A DNA stretch of 63,853 bases, counting the filler, from Octopus bimaculoides (lineage: Eukaryota), in the NCBI RefSeq assembly GCF_001194135.2. It is 7 parts of 7 records of this genome, joined end to end, with 100 filler letters (N's around TTAATTAATTAA, not from the genome) between each part and the next. Parts side by side here need not be neighbours in the genome. Positions count along the whole stretch, not along the records: positions 62,829 to 63,853 come from NC_068987.1; 6 more parts are not named here. One strand, given 5' to 3'. Below, piece after piece: positions 62,729-63,853 of the stretch. The position numbers and the translations under genes are program-made. Numbering within the stretch: the first letter of the stretch is position 1; each line of letters begins with the position of its first letter. The notes beneath the pieces were generated by a model. The model had not been told where the DNA came from, did not search any database, and was given only the letters and a program-made list of their open reading frames with translations.

Positions 62729-63813
62729 NNNNNNNNNNNNNNNNNNNNNNNNNNNNNNNNNNNNNNNNNNNNTTAATTAATTAANNNNNNNNNNNNNNNN
62801 NNNNNNNNNNNNNNNNNNNNNNNNNNNNAATACACAAACAAAGATATATTTGCTTACATATATATAGAGATACATACATACATACAATCATTGAAACTTA
62901 CACTCATATATCCAAACACATACAAACATGCATACATATATATATATATGTACATTCCTGCATACATACAGGTATGTATATATATATATATATATATGTA
63001 TGCCTACTAACCTTACTAGCCTTTAGTAAGTAATCTTGTACTGAAATCTTTATCGATAAACTTAGTGTCAAGATGTCAAGAATGCACTCTCTTTGTGGTA
63101 AATCTGCTTGCAAGACATCTCAGCCAAATCTCCCTCACATCAGTCTCTGCCACAAGTGATAAAATCCTTAATCCAGTTTGTTTGAGAATTATGGGATAGT
63201 TATGGCATGAAATCCTTTGATCAGATATTTATTCGGTTAGACCTTTCTTGGGGTTGAAAATCAACAACTCAGTATTATTGATTTCTTATAGAGGCAAAGA
63301 AAAGCCTTTAAATGTAGGACAGGGTATAACCGATTGTTTCGAACACTTGTACTTTACGAGTACAGATGATATCAATTTCATAAAGGAGAAACCTTAACTT
63401 GAAATACTACAAGGAATTTGTGTGATGTTATAATGATTTGATTTCTGAACGCAAAAAAAAAAGAAAAAAAAGAAATAACGCTATCTTCTACCTACAACCA
63501 AGTACATAAGTTCATTCTCTTCTCAAGTTCGTTCCTGATACATGAAGAAAGCTGTCGACAAACTGGGTATTGTCAAGCTTCTGATGTTGAGAACATGTCT
63601 GTGGGCGGGTGTGTATGCGCGCTTACATGTAAATATATATGTGTGTGTGTGTATTTATGTATGTATGTACGTACGTACGTATACATGTATGTATGCACAT
63701 ATATATATATATAATATGTATGTATGTATATATGCATGTAAGTATATATATATATATATATATGTTTGTATATATTTATAATTATATATATGTATGTATA
63801 TATGTATGTATAA

Positions 63814-63848
<35 letters not shown>

Positions 63849-63853
63849 TATAT

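Overview
Eukaryotic, AT-rich, repeat-saturated draft-assembly sequence. From repeat families and microsatellite load it is most likely an octopus (coleoid cephalopod) genome; this is an inference, not a database match. I recognise no host protein-coding gene, rRNA, true tRNA gene or CRISPR array, and nearly all ORFs in the track are translated microsatellites, N-runs or antisense frames of decayed transposons. The window holds at least four tRNA-derived SINE families (working labels A, B, C, E), many 5'-truncated 3' ends of an RTE-clade LINE plus one uninterrupted RT fragment, a BovB-like RTE remnant, decayed Tc1/mariner transposases of three lineages, pogo, hAT and piggyBac-like MITEs, several Penelope-like element (PLE) remnants, foldback hairpins and a 1.75-kb purine-rich minisatellite. 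Six artificial TTAATTAATTAA linkers mark scaffold joins. The most interesting signals are minimal hammerhead-ribozyme cores in PLE terminal repeats (13.4, 14.2 and 37.2 kb), same-strand SINE cascades at (ATT)n tracts, a modular VNTR-like RTE 3'UTR and a near-perfect 150-bp foldback. Repeat boundaries are read by eye and approximate unless termini are quoted.
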